Shown in pieces: positions 47,219 to 55,889 of a DNA stretch of 64,000 nucleotides. The first letter of the stretch is position 1. Each line of letters starts with the position of its first letter. Below the pieces are notes generated by a model. It saw only the letters and a program-made list of their open reading frames with translations, had not been told where the DNA came from and ran no database searches. Source of the DNA: a virus (Duplodnaviria; Caudoviricetes); the IMG/VR virus record IMGVR_UViG_3300042301_004035. One strand, written 5' to 3'. The position numbers and the translations under genes are program-made.

Positions 47219-47633
47219 TGATTATTTCCTTAGATGGCCAATAATATTCTAGATTTATATCTTCATCAAAATATTGAGAATAGTATGCGTAGTCTTTGCG
47301 CAGTAGATTTGATCTATGCGACCTATGAAATTGATCTAAGCCAAACCATGGTGGCATAACCACTTCAATTGGATCAAACTCTTCAAAAAGCATTGTATTT
47401 TTATAACCTCTATCTATCCATTCTTGGATAGTATAATTCTGGTAAAGCTGTAAAGCGGACTCGTACCCAACCCACATTAGTGTGACCGGATGATTACGCC
47501 AACCTTTTGCAGGGGTCCTATCAAGAAGGATGTTCAAAACTTGGAAAGTTTCTACTCGTTGCTTCCCAAGTCTACGGTAATCTAATACCCGAACTGATTC
47601 CTTAAGATCTGAATATGGTAAAAATGTTTGCAT
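47208..47633 (-). CDS. MSMEG_6728 family / pyrimidine-dimer glycosylase-like protein
   Basis: MQTFLPY...VLDYRRLGKQRVE...W.NHP...MW.GY...HRSHRSNLLRKD. Confidence 0.85.
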   Translation of the reverse strand: MQTFLPYSDLKESVRVLDYRRLGKQRVETFQVLNILLDRTPAKGWRNHPVTLMWVGYESALQLYQNYTIQEWIDRGYKNTMLFEEFDPIEVVMPPWFGLDQFHRSHRSNLLRKDYAYYSQYFDEDINLEYYWPSKEIINAN

Positions 47634-48034
47634 TATGCCTTCTTAAATTCCTCAAAAGTTTTATCACCAACACCAAAGTATTCTCTAGCTAATCCAGCCT
47701 TAACGATTTCTGTGTTAAGGCATTCACCAGCTTCATTCCATACTCTAGCTAAGATTCTACCGTACTTCTCATTCTTGTCTAAAATAGTTTCAATCTTTAC
47801 TTTATTATTAGCTTTCTTGATCCATTGATCAGTAAACTCTTTTGCAGCAAGACCCATCTTCTTTTCTTCCAAGTTTGTGGTGCGGCTTTCTGGTGTATTA
47901 ACGCCGTATAATCTTACGCTCTTTGGTCCGATATGAACTTCGAAGCCAAGATCTATCTTAATCTTGAATGTATCTCCGTCAACTATCTTAACTACTTCTG
48001 CATTGTATAAGTAAACATTAAATTGATCTGACAT
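47633..48034 (-). CDS. thermonuclease (SNase-like)
   Basis: VVKIVDGDT...VRLYGVNTPE...KYGRILA. Confidence 0.9.
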   Translation of the reverse strand: MSDQFNVYLYNAEVVKIVDGDTFKIKIDLGFEVHIGPKSVRLYGVNTPESRTTNLEEKKMGLAAKEFTDQWIKKANNKVKIETILDKNEKYGRILARVWNEAGECLNTEIVKAGLAREYFGVGDKTFEEFKKA

Positions 48035-48035
48035 T

Positions 48036-48839
48036 TTAATCTCTTTCTATTCCTATGAAATCGCAAGCATTGCGAAATATTTTTTGGCTTACTGTGAACT
48101 GTGCGTCCGCGTGGCTATAGCCCTCGCCTGGCTTAGGCGAAGAAGCATGCCAGCTATGGCCTATCGATACGCTACCATCATACACTACGTTGTACCCAAG
48201 ATGACGCGCAAAATATGAACACCAAGTTTCCTCATAATAATGTGGCGTTGGCAAAAAAGCACCTTCTGCGTCTGGATACATCTGTCTATACTTCTCATCG
48301 TTAGTCATTGCATTCCATACTTCTCTTCTTATAAAATAAGCTGAACCAGAAACTGTAACACAATTAACTCTATCTTTATAGAGCACGTCTTCTGGGTCAC
48401 TCTCAATCCACCCCCTATGCTTAGGAGCTATGTTTGTGCCAACTATACCAGCATGTCTTATGTTGCCGTATTCGTCTCTTTGCTTTGGCCCAAGAATATG
48501 TATGTCTGGGTTATCGTCAAATATCTTTTGCACTTTGATTAGATCGCTAGTTGTCATCCAAACATCAGCATTAAGCAGGCAGATTATGTCAGAGAAAGAA
48601 TGCTTAGCCATCATGTTGCAGGCAGCAGAGTACCCTACGTTCTCATTCTTCCAAGCTCTAGTAATACTATATTTGTTTATATTAGCCTCTAGCCATTCCC
48701 AGCTATCGTCGGCCGAGCCATTATCGCATATGTTTAAATGCCAAACTTGATCAGTCCCAGCAAGATCACTATGCAAAACATCAAGAAATCTTTGGAGCAT
48801 TGGTCTAGTATTATAATTAACAACACATAAGTCTATCAT
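48036..48839 (-). CDS. glycosyltransferase family 2
   Basis: VVNYNT, DNGSADDS, NVGYSAACN, LLNAD, VSGSAY, YYEET. Confidence 0.9.
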   Translation of the reverse strand: MIDLCVVNYNTRPMLQRFLDVLHSDLAGTDQVWHLNICDNGSADDSWEWLEANINKYSITRAWKNENVGYSAACNMMAKHSFSDIICLLNADVWMTTSDLIKVQKIFDDNPDIHILGPKQRDEYGNIRHAGIVGTNIAPKHRGWIESDPEDVLYKDRVNCVTVSGSAYFIRREVWNAMTNDEKYRQMYPDAEGAFLPTPHYYEETWCSYFARHLGYNVVYDGSVSIGHSWHASSPKPGEGYSHADAQFTVSQKIFRNACDFIGIERD

Positions 48840-48840
48840 T

Positions 48841-49104
48841 TTAAAATCTTTCTATACTTGATTCTTGTATAACCATTGCAAAGGCATCTTCTGCGTTTAT
48901 TCCGTGATCCATGAACTCACACATGCTTTGCATTTTTCTATTCACGTCTTCTTCTAAAAAGAATTCTTTTAACCTATTTTTATATTGATCAAGGGAAGTT
49001 TTATTTTGGATCTGCTTTATACTTTGCCTACTGAAAAAACAAGATGCGGCGGCGACAGTCAATAAACCCAATATGAATGGCTTCATATTACCATTCGTCT
49101 TCAT
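48841..49104 (-). CDS. small membrane-anchored protein
   Basis: N-terminal hydrophobic segment. Confidence 0.55.
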   Translation of the reverse strand: MKTNGNMKPFILGLLTVAAASCFFSRQSIKQIQNKTSLDQYKNRLKEFFLEEDVNRKMQSMCEFMDHGINAEDAFAMVIQESSIERF

Positions 49105-49324
49105 CTTTTACATCTCCCGTGTACTTGTTCTCGGCAATTGCTTTAGTGGCTTCTTCGCTAATCTTTAAAATCTCTAAACGTTCTTTATCGTCTTTGATAG
49201 TTGAAGCTAGGTGTATCAAAGCTGTCGACACCTTGAACATTTCCTCAGCGTCTAGTACCAAGTAAGTTTGTCCAGACAGAAGCTTAATATTAATCTTTTT
49301 TTTATCTATTTGTTTCTTAGCCAT
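49088..49324 (-). CDS. hypothetical protein
   Basis: 78 aa ORF. Confidence 0.55.
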   Translation of the reverse strand: MAKKQIDKKKINIKLLSGQTYLVLDAEEMFKVSTALIHLASTIKDDKERLEILKISEEATKAIAENKYTGDVKDEDEW

Positions 49325-49328
49325 ATTG

Positions 49329-49592
49329 TTATTTATCTTTTTTTGCTACTCTTTTTAGTTTGTCTGGTTTATCATCTATATCGTAACCGCCTAATTCAGA
49401 ATGCGAACCAGAGTATTTATATAAACAAATGTTATCTGAATCTGGTTCAAAGGTTACAAAAAATATATTTTTATCTTCTTCAGTTAAGCCTTCTGGCGGC
49501 GATGATTCTAAAGCTATCTTAGGGTTAGAGCAACCATAAACTTGACTGTGATTCTTATAAACAACAATATAATTTAATTTAGAAGCTGGCAT
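49329..49592 (-). CDS. hypothetical protein
   Basis: 87 aa ORF. Confidence 0.55.
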   Translation of the reverse strand: MPASKLNYIVVYKNHSQVYGCSNPKIALESSPPEGLTEEDKNIFFVTFEPDSDNICLYKYSGSHSELGGYDIDDKPDKLKRVAKKDK

Positions 49593-49762
49593 TACAAACC
49601 TAATATAACTATGTAGCCAGCAGCAAATGCTGATATAACTGCTACTACGCTGGAAATAATCTTTACGTTTTTATTTTTTGATACTTGATTTAGTATCTGC
49701 ATACCTATGCTCCAGTTAATCAGTGCAGAAAAAATAATACAAAAAAACAAATTTTTAAACAT
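49592..49762 (-). CDS. 56 aa two-TM membrane protein
   Basis: Manual translation MFKNLFFCIIFSAL...GYIVILGL*; fills the gap exactly. Confidence 0.55.
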   Translation of the reverse strand: MFKNLFFCIIFSALINWSIGMQILNQVSKNKNVKIISSVVAVISAFAAGYIVILGL

Positions 49763-50459
49763 TTCTAATATCTACCAATCCACCAATGCTAATAGGAAAT
49801 TCGGGCTGTATCAATGATAGCACAGCTCTAGCGTAATCTCTAATCTCTACTTGCGAACCTTCATCTAATCTTTGATTTAAAAACAATGCAATAGACTGTA
49901 AGCTGCAGGTCCACCTATATACAACGTACATCCCATATGCCGGCAAAAACAATCTAGCTTGCTCTGCGGCGACACCATTGTCCATTGCCATTGTGTACAG
50001 AGCCTCACCCTGCTCTATGTATCTAATTAGCTCCGCGGTCAACACAGAGCCAATCCAAGGACCTATGGGGCCACCTGAGCCCTGCTTCTTGTTATCTGGC
50101 GCTAAACGCCACTCATCTACAGCTGGCACATAAAACTCTGGTTCAATTGTTATGTATCTTCTAGAAGACTCATTCCAAGAATCCATTGTATGGTCAGACC
50201 CGACAACATATTTCCAGTGTTGGCGGGCCACCATCAAAGGTGCCTTGAATTCAAATGTAGCAAAAGCATGCCTAAAAGGAGACATGTGATTTTCTCTAAT
50301 TAAAAAATCTATAAGATGGACATCTTTTTGATCCAGCTCTAAAGATTCTTTAGCAAAAGATGCACGAGCTGCGTTAACAACAGATAGATCACTACCCATT
50401 GTGTCAACAAGTCTTACGTAACCCTTATCAAGAACTTGAATTGTATTTTTTAAATTCAT
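49755..50459 (-). CDS. thyX: flavin-dependent thymidylate synthase
   Basis: H.SPF.H...ARQHWKY...NESSRRY...EQARLFLP...QVEIR. Confidence 0.95.
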   Translation of the reverse strand: MNLKNTIQVLDKGYVRLVDTMGSDLSVVNAARASFAKESLELDQKDVHLIDFLIRENHMSPFRHAFATFEFKAPLMVARQHWKYVVGSDHTMDSWNESSRRYITIEPEFYVPAVDEWRLAPDNKKQGSGGPIGPWIGSVLTAELIRYIEQGEALYTMAMDNGVAAEQARLFLPAYGMYVVYRWTCSLQSIALFLNQRLDEGSQVEIRDYARAVLSLIQPEFPISIGGLVDIRNV

Positions 50460-50482
50460 AGATATATTATATCACCAGATAA

Positions 50483-52588
50483 TTACTTATTGTTATCCTT
50501 TATGAATTTAATTTCACATGCGTCTGTAGTGCAGTATCTTTCGCCTATTGCGTCTGCTGCCATTCCTGCATATACACCAGTTAAATCTATTGGGAATAGT
50601 TTTAACCCTGCTTCTGCATACTCTTCTTCTGTTATTTGAGTATAAGGCATTTGAGGATAGGTATCATTACCGCTCGGCAAGAATGAAACAGTTTTTAGCT
50701 GACCATCATACATGTGAAGAACGGTGCCAACATGCTGTGCTTCTGTGTCCTTATCAAATGATACAGTCACAGATACAGAGTTGTCTGACCAATATCTCTG
50801 TGCAGTTGCCGCTAACGACATCTTCTCAAAGATCGTAACATCACGCTCTGCTCTTGCAGCTTGTGATTTAATTGGGAAATAAACTACAGAAGTTGTATCC
50901 GGAGATTCAGAAGCTGGTTCTACTTTATAATTAGCCATTCTAAACAACGGAAGCATAGGGTCATCATTAGAGAACCTAATAGTTCTATTAAAGTACTTGC
51001 CACCTGGAGTCCAGTGAACGCCTGGTGATTCACCAGCAAGAATAGATACGGTTCCAGATGGTTTGATTGTCGTCATCTTAATTGATTCACGAATTCCAAG
51101 CCATTCAGAATAAACATTGTCATAACGCTGAATTGTCTTGTAACCTTGGTCCATCCATTCGCGCAATGCAGGAACTCCAACACGGTCAGCAAAGTTTGCT
51201 ACACCTGACATAGAAGCCCCGATGCGACGATTGCGTTGCATGATAGCATTAGTTTCTTCCCAGTGTGTCGGCAGCAGGGTTACTGTCTTTGCATAAAGAT
51301 ACGCAAACTTTAATGTGCGTTTGTAATCCTCTAGGCTATCGTGCCTATTAAGATAGGTCTCTACAAGAGTACAACACTCATAGGACTCTAGGGATTGCTC
51401 TGCGCACGGGTTGTACCCTGCCACTCTGTGATCCTTGTTATTTGGTGGATCAGCTAATCTTCCATACTTGCGTGACATATCCATCCATAAAACACCTGGC
51501 TCACCATTGAGTGAAATGCCCTCAACGATGCTAGAAAGATCCACGCCAACAGATGTTTCTATTGAGTTGTTAGACATCCAAGCCCAACCTGGATTGTTTC
51601 TATCGTAAGAGTTTCTTTCGGGGAACACTGCGGCATTCTTAAGATTGAGGAAGTTGTCATCTTCTAAGCGGCCGATAAGTAACTCGGCTGATCTACGGAC
51701 GTTGCCAGAAACCACACAGACGCCTATGACGTTGCCTATGTCTGCAATATCAACACGGGTAAGCTTCTCTCCCTTACGGCCACTAAACATCTTTACAATG
51801 TGCTTGTGGAGCTTCTCTAGTGGCTCATGGCCTGCAGCTACACCACCAAATGTTTTAATCGGTGTGCCAAGTGGTCTTATCAAAGAGTAATCAAATTGAA
51901 TTAATTCTTGATCTGGCTTTAGATATGAGTTCAGCAGCAGTGCCATCGAATCAACCCAGCCCTCTCTAGTATCCGCAATCACCAAAGGAGTACTGCCGTC
52001 AACAGTTTTTGGTTCATAGATTGTAAAATCTTTATCTGCTCCCTTATCATCAAATCCTACCCCAACTCCAAGCATTGATGCTTCCATCAAGAACGCAAAT
52101 GGTTTTGCTGGATTAAACTTATTCATTTCTCCAGTAGAAACAAATGCACAGTTCTGTAGTGCTGCGGAATTCTTTTGAACGTTAACAATGTTTGTGCCCA
52201 TTGCCCATAAGCCTCGTCCAGGAGGTGTCCACTTAAGATTAAACAGTCTGTCAAAAGCTTCTTTAGCCGAAGCTTGTGCCTTGGCATCGTTCCAAGGTAA
52301 ACGGTTCTTCTTGCAGTGATCTTTCTGAAGAGAATACATTCCATTTATTACGCGCTCGCAAACATCGGACCAAGATTCTTTTGTGCCATCTTCTTTTAGT
52401 CTAGAGTATGTACGTAAAAATGTTATTTCCCCAACTGAGTTACCGCCAGCATCCCTATACCCAAATGGGGCAACAGCATTTTTGTAACCTGATACAAAAT
52501 CATCTGTTAACTTAAAAGAAAACATTGATGGTATTCTGTTTGGGATTGGGGTTAAGTCTGGGTTACCGTTTTCAATTTCTTCTGGCAT
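50483..52588 (-). CDS. nrdJ: class II (B12-dependent) ribonucleoside-triphosphate reductase
   Basis: PPGRGLW, NCAF, GNVRRSA, NPCAEQ.LE.YECCTLVE, TTIKPSGTVS. Confidence 0.95.
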   Translation of the reverse strand: MPEEIENGNPDLTPIPNRIPSMFSFKLTDDFVSGYKNAVAPFGYRDAGGNSVGEITFLRTYSRLKEDGTKESWSDVCERVINGMYSLQKDHCKKNRLPWNDAKAQASAKEAFDRLFNLKWTPPGRGLWAMGTNIVNVQKNSAALQNCAFVSTGEMNKFNPAKPFAFLMEASMLGVGVGFDDKGADKDFTIYEPKTVDGSTPLVIADTREGWVDSMALLLNSYLKPDQELIQFDYSLIRPLGTPIKTFGGVAAGHEPLEKLHKHIVKMFSGRKGEKLTRVDIADIGNVIGVCVVSGNVRRSAELLIGRLEDDNFLNLKNAAVFPERNSYDRNNPGWAWMSNNSIETSVGVDLSSIVEGISLNGEPGVLWMDMSRKYGRLADPPNNKDHRVAGYNPCAEQSLESYECCTLVETYLNRHDSLEDYKRTLKFAYLYAKTVTLLPTHWEETNAIMQRNRRIGASMSGVANFADRVGVPALREWMDQGYKTIQRYDNVYSEWLGIRESIKMTTIKPSGTVSILAGESPGVHWTPGGKYFNRTIRFSNDDPMLPLFRMANYKVEPASESPDTTSVVYFPIKSQAARAERDVTIFEKMSLAATAQRYWSDNSVSVTVSFDKDTEAQHVGTVLHMYDGQLKTVSFLPSGNDTYPQMPYTQITEEEYAEAGLKLFPIDLTGVYAGMAADAIGERYCTTDACEIKFIKDNNK

Positions 52589-52596
52589 CTTTGCTC

Positions 52597-53295
52597 CTAA
52601 TTGCTAATTTTTTTTATATATTTAGAATTTGTTTTTTCAATCTCTGTGTTTTTAATTTTTAGAATATCCTGTAAAGAGTATACCTTGTGTATTTCTCTTT
52701 CAAAGAAATAACCGCTTCTCCAATTAAAAACATTGTTAACATTTTTCTTATGATTAACAAACATGTTACAGACTACAGCACCGCCATAGGATTTAACGAT
52801 GTTTGATAACTTAATCTTTAACCCCTCTACGTTCAGAGTGTCTAAGTCTTCATTTTCTCTAGCCTTTTCATAAAGCCAATTAAATGCTTGTCTACCTAAA
52901 GGAGATATATCTATTGGATCTATGACTCCTAATAGTATTGCTTTATTTCTATTCTTTGCTATATCAATATCTTCTTTAACAACTTTTTTAAAAATATCAA
53001 ACCAATCTTTTTCATTAAACTGGACCCAAGCTGTGCACCAAAACAAAAGATTTTCTGGAGGAGATGGGACTTGGCTTTTTTCGGTGTAAGGTAAGAGCAC
53101 TGCGCAGCTGATGGCTCTCTTCATGAAAGCTTTTCTTGAATCTACATCTTTAGATTTGGAACCTGATATTTCCCAAAGTTTATTTATATTCTTTTTCCAA
53201 TCTGTTGGGCCTAAAAATATGTTTAGATATCTTTCTGCAACCTCCAGTGGGATGGTGTCTTCCTGAATAACTTTTTCTAGAATATCTAAAGACAT
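52597..53295 (-). CDS. hypothetical protein
   Basis: 232 aa ORF. Confidence 0.65.
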   Translation of the reverse strand: MSLDILEKVIQEDTIPLEVAERYLNIFLGPTDWKKNINKLWEISGSKSKDVDSRKAFMKRAISCAVLLPYTEKSQVPSPPENLLFWCTAWVQFNEKDWFDIFKKVVKEDIDIAKNRNKAILLGVIDPIDISPLGRQAFNWLYEKARENEDLDTLNVEGLKIKLSNIVKSYGGAVVCNMFVNHKKNVNNVFNWRSGYFFEREIHKVYSLQDILKIKNTEIEKTNSKYIKKISN

Positions 53296-53346
53296 TTATA
53301 ATCCTTTATAAAACTACTAAAACTCATAAAAGAACCGTATAAAAAG

Positions 53347-53380
53347 ATCATCCCGCTCGAAAGAGCGGGATGATCCTTAA
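53347..53380 (-). terminator. intrinsic terminator
   Basis: ATCATCCCGCTC-TTTC-GAGCGGGATGAT followed by CTTTTT on the - strand. Confidence 0.8.
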
Positions 53381-53459
53381 CGCACTAGTGAGCGTCGGTT
53401 TCCGTGATACTGATTATATCACAGTAGCCGTGCGGCTCATGCTATGTTATTCAATTTTA

Positions 53460-54092
53460 TTACAATGCTTTTGCTGATGGAACACCTTTGTATTCTTTTG
53501 GATGTGCTCTACCATAAATTGTGGTATCGTTAGCTTGCCCATAATTGGCAGTAAATACTTTTGTGCTAGCAACACCTTGGACATCGAACGGTCTAAACAA
53601 ACCAAACGATGCTGGCGCACCTTCTGCGTCAGTTCTTGGTGCATGACCGTATGTTGCTGGCATAACATTTGCCGATGTAACACCGTCAAAAATAAAGTTG
53701 CTATACGAACCGTAGTACAAGCTTCTCTTAGCGTGACCACCGTCGAGAGCTTTTGCTCCAGCGATGCCCTTGTATTCAAGCGGGCGGTATCTTGCGCCTG
53801 CGTATGTTGCTGTACCGTCTGCGAATGTTCCGGCCAAAGGTGTAGTGCCAACATAAAGTGTTGAGCCAGTGAACAATTGCGACAGAAGAACGTTACCAGG
53901 ACGAGCTCCAGATCCAGGAGTATACGCATTATCTGGTGCGCCTGTAAGTAACTGGCTGGTATTGCGCAGTGGGTAGTACGAGTATGTGCCTTTGCCTTTT
54001 GCTTTGCCAGTGATAGTGTAATATGGGTTCACCATATCATTGGTGTTTTGGCCTCTCAAAACAGGTCTTGGACCAACGTAAAATGTAGCCAT
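53460..54092 (-). CDS. putative virion structural protein
   Basis: Gly/Ala/Thr-rich 210 aa; AAGGAG RBS; own putative late promoter and terminator. Confidence 0.5.
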   Translation of the reverse strand: MATFYVGPRPVLRGQNTNDMVNPYYTITGKAKGKGTYSYYPLRNTSQLLTGAPDNAYTPGSGARPGNVLLSQLFTGSTLYVGTTPLAGTFADGTATYAGARYRPLEYKGIAGAKALDGGHAKRSLYYGSYSNFIFDGVTSANVMPATYGHAPRTDAEGAPASFGLFRPFDVQGVASTKVFTANYGQANDTTIYGRAHPKEYKGVPSAKAL

Positions 54093-54174
54093 TATCTAAT
54101 CTCCTTATAGAACCTTGATGCCTATATAGTAAAATTGTATATGATTTTTCGAACTTTTATTTCAAAAATAAAAA

Positions 54175-55464
54175 TTAAGCTTGGTCCAAAGTATCATAAT
54201 CGATAATCAGATCCGACAATACTGGAGCTGTTTTATCCTCAAGCATGTTAAGAGTAATTTCTATCCAGACTTCTGTTGAAGCACCGGGGTTAGATGTGCT
54301 GTAAGCGGCGTCTATAAGCTCGTTACCGCCGTCAAAAGGGTAGATGACTCTGTAAGAGAAGGCTTGAGAAACTAGCGACCTAGGGACGTTATATATAACC
54401 GGGTCAACGCTATTTATCGAACCTATAAGTTTGCCAACTGGAGCTTTAAAATTAATTATTGTCTTACCAGAAGAAGCGAACTTATCGTACCTTACATCTA
54501 GGTCCGACAAACCATATGTATATACATACTTGTCGAGTTCTTTAAAGTAATTTTGTTGACGCAAAACTATTCTTACGGCTGTCATATCTAAGTCTGAAAA
54601 ATAGAAGCACAGGGGACCAGAATTTCTGATCTCATCCGACCCATCCACTACCCATGCCCCAGGAGGAACATTCCCAATAGCTTCAGTCTCCCCATCATAC
54701 AGGGAATTGAAGTTAAGTGGGGTCCAACCATCTGCTGAAGATAACGTAGGGTTTGCTTTATTTGTATACTCTATGGAATAAACATTAACAGAATGCATTG
54801 GATAAGGGTTTAGTTTTATGCAGTTTGTTTTTAATGATCCAGTAAACTCTGCGGATATTTTGCAGTAGAAGGTTAGCTGAGCTACCCCCAGCCCATTGCT
54901 ATCAGCCACTATAGTTCTACTCCAAACCTTGGTGGGATCATCTAAGATGGCGTTATAGATCGGAGTTGTATTAACAATAGCTCCAGGTGTATCTACACCG
55001 CCTAGATTATTCTCTATATTCGTTTTGAATAGATCTGATATAAGTTGACCAACTGAAGAATTGTAAAATTTTACCTTTGAACTTGAAGCGTTAGGTACTT
55101 TGGGTAGCGTAATTACGTTGTAGTGGGGATCAATGGTGAGTAGATCTGTTGGCCCTATGGAGAAATCTGTACCGTTAAACTTACTGTATTCTATTTGATT
55201 AAACGAATGTATAGAAGTTTTGCCGCCGCCAGCTTCAAGTGCCGATATTCTATCGCTTAAATCATCCACGGCATTAGCCAACATTGACTGGTCTTTTAGT
55301 ACTCTCTCGAAAGCTTGTTCTAACCTTGCGTCAATAACGTTTGCTTTATTATAAAGATAGAGAAGGTCTTGATAGTTTTCTTCTATTCTAGAATTATAAT
55401 CGTTGCTATCTGTTGGACCACCATACTGGATGTTCCTCTTTTTAGTGTTCAATATGTCAGCCAT
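54175..55464 (-). CDS. putative tail/baseplate protein
   Basis: N-terminal coiled coil, beta-rich body, C-terminal PVLSDL.I.Y pattern shared with neighbours. Confidence 0.5.
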   Translation of the reverse strand: MADILNTKKRNIQYGGPTDSNDYNSRIEENYQDLLYLYNKANVIDARLEQAFERVLKDQSMLANAVDDLSDRISALEAGGGKTSIHSFNQIEYSKFNGTDFSIGPTDLLTIDPHYNVITLPKVPNASSSKVKFYNSSVGQLISDLFKTNIENNLGGVDTPGAIVNTTPIYNAILDDPTKVWSRTIVADSNGLGVAQLTFYCKISAEFTGSLKTNCIKLNPYPMHSVNVYSIEYTNKANPTLSSADGWTPLNFNSLYDGETEAIGNVPPGAWVVDGSDEIRNSGPLCFYFSDLDMTAVRIVLRQQNYFKELDKYVYTYGLSDLDVRYDKFASSGKTIINFKAPVGKLIGSINSVDPVIYNVPRSLVSQAFSYRVIYPFDGGNELIDAAYSTSNPGASTEVWIEITLNMLEDKTAPVLSDLIIDYDTLDQA

Positions 55465-55465
55465 T

Positions 55466-55870
55466 TTATCTACCGTTCTCTAATCTAATTACTTTTTTTT
55501 CGATCCTTGAAAGCACAGCCGATAATCTATTGGCTTTACTCAAAACTAGATTCTTTTCCGAAGCGGTGTTTAAACCGCTCATATCTTTATAGTAAACTTT
55601 TATTGGCGTTAAATCATAAGATAAGCCATCATTGGATATGTCAAAGTCTGATAAGTTGTTTAAGTTTCCTATAAAATTACCTTCAATATTATCTATAGTT
55701 TCTTCTATATCTGATAATGAATTGTTTATTTTATTGATATCTATTAAAAAGAAATTTAATTCCCTATTTTCTGCGATGCTACTTCTATACCCTCTATATA
55801 TTTGTCTAAACCTATTAAAGAATGGTTGGAACAATTTGTTTTTAGCGTTGCTTGCGTAGGTCATTGGCAT
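55466..55870 (-). CDS. putative structural coiled-coil protein
   Basis: 134 aa ORF in the structural cluster. Confidence 0.45.
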   Translation of the reverse strand: MPMTYASNAKNKLFQPFFNRFRQIYRGYRSSIAENRELNFFLIDINKINNSLSDIEETIDNIEGNFIGNLNNLSDFDISNDGLSYDLTPIKVYYKDMSGLNTASEKNLVLSKANRLSAVLSRIEKKVIRLENGR

Positions 55871-55889
55871 AAGGTCACTCCGGTAATGT

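Noticed and set aside
36651-52588. Inteins or introns in dnaE, nrdJ or the helicase
   Set aside because: Lengths and motif spacing are normal, with no intein splice motifs or interruptions seen.
53447-53929. 160 aa alternative-frame ORF inside 53460-54092
   Set aside because: It is nested in a gene with a clear RBS and shows implausible composition.
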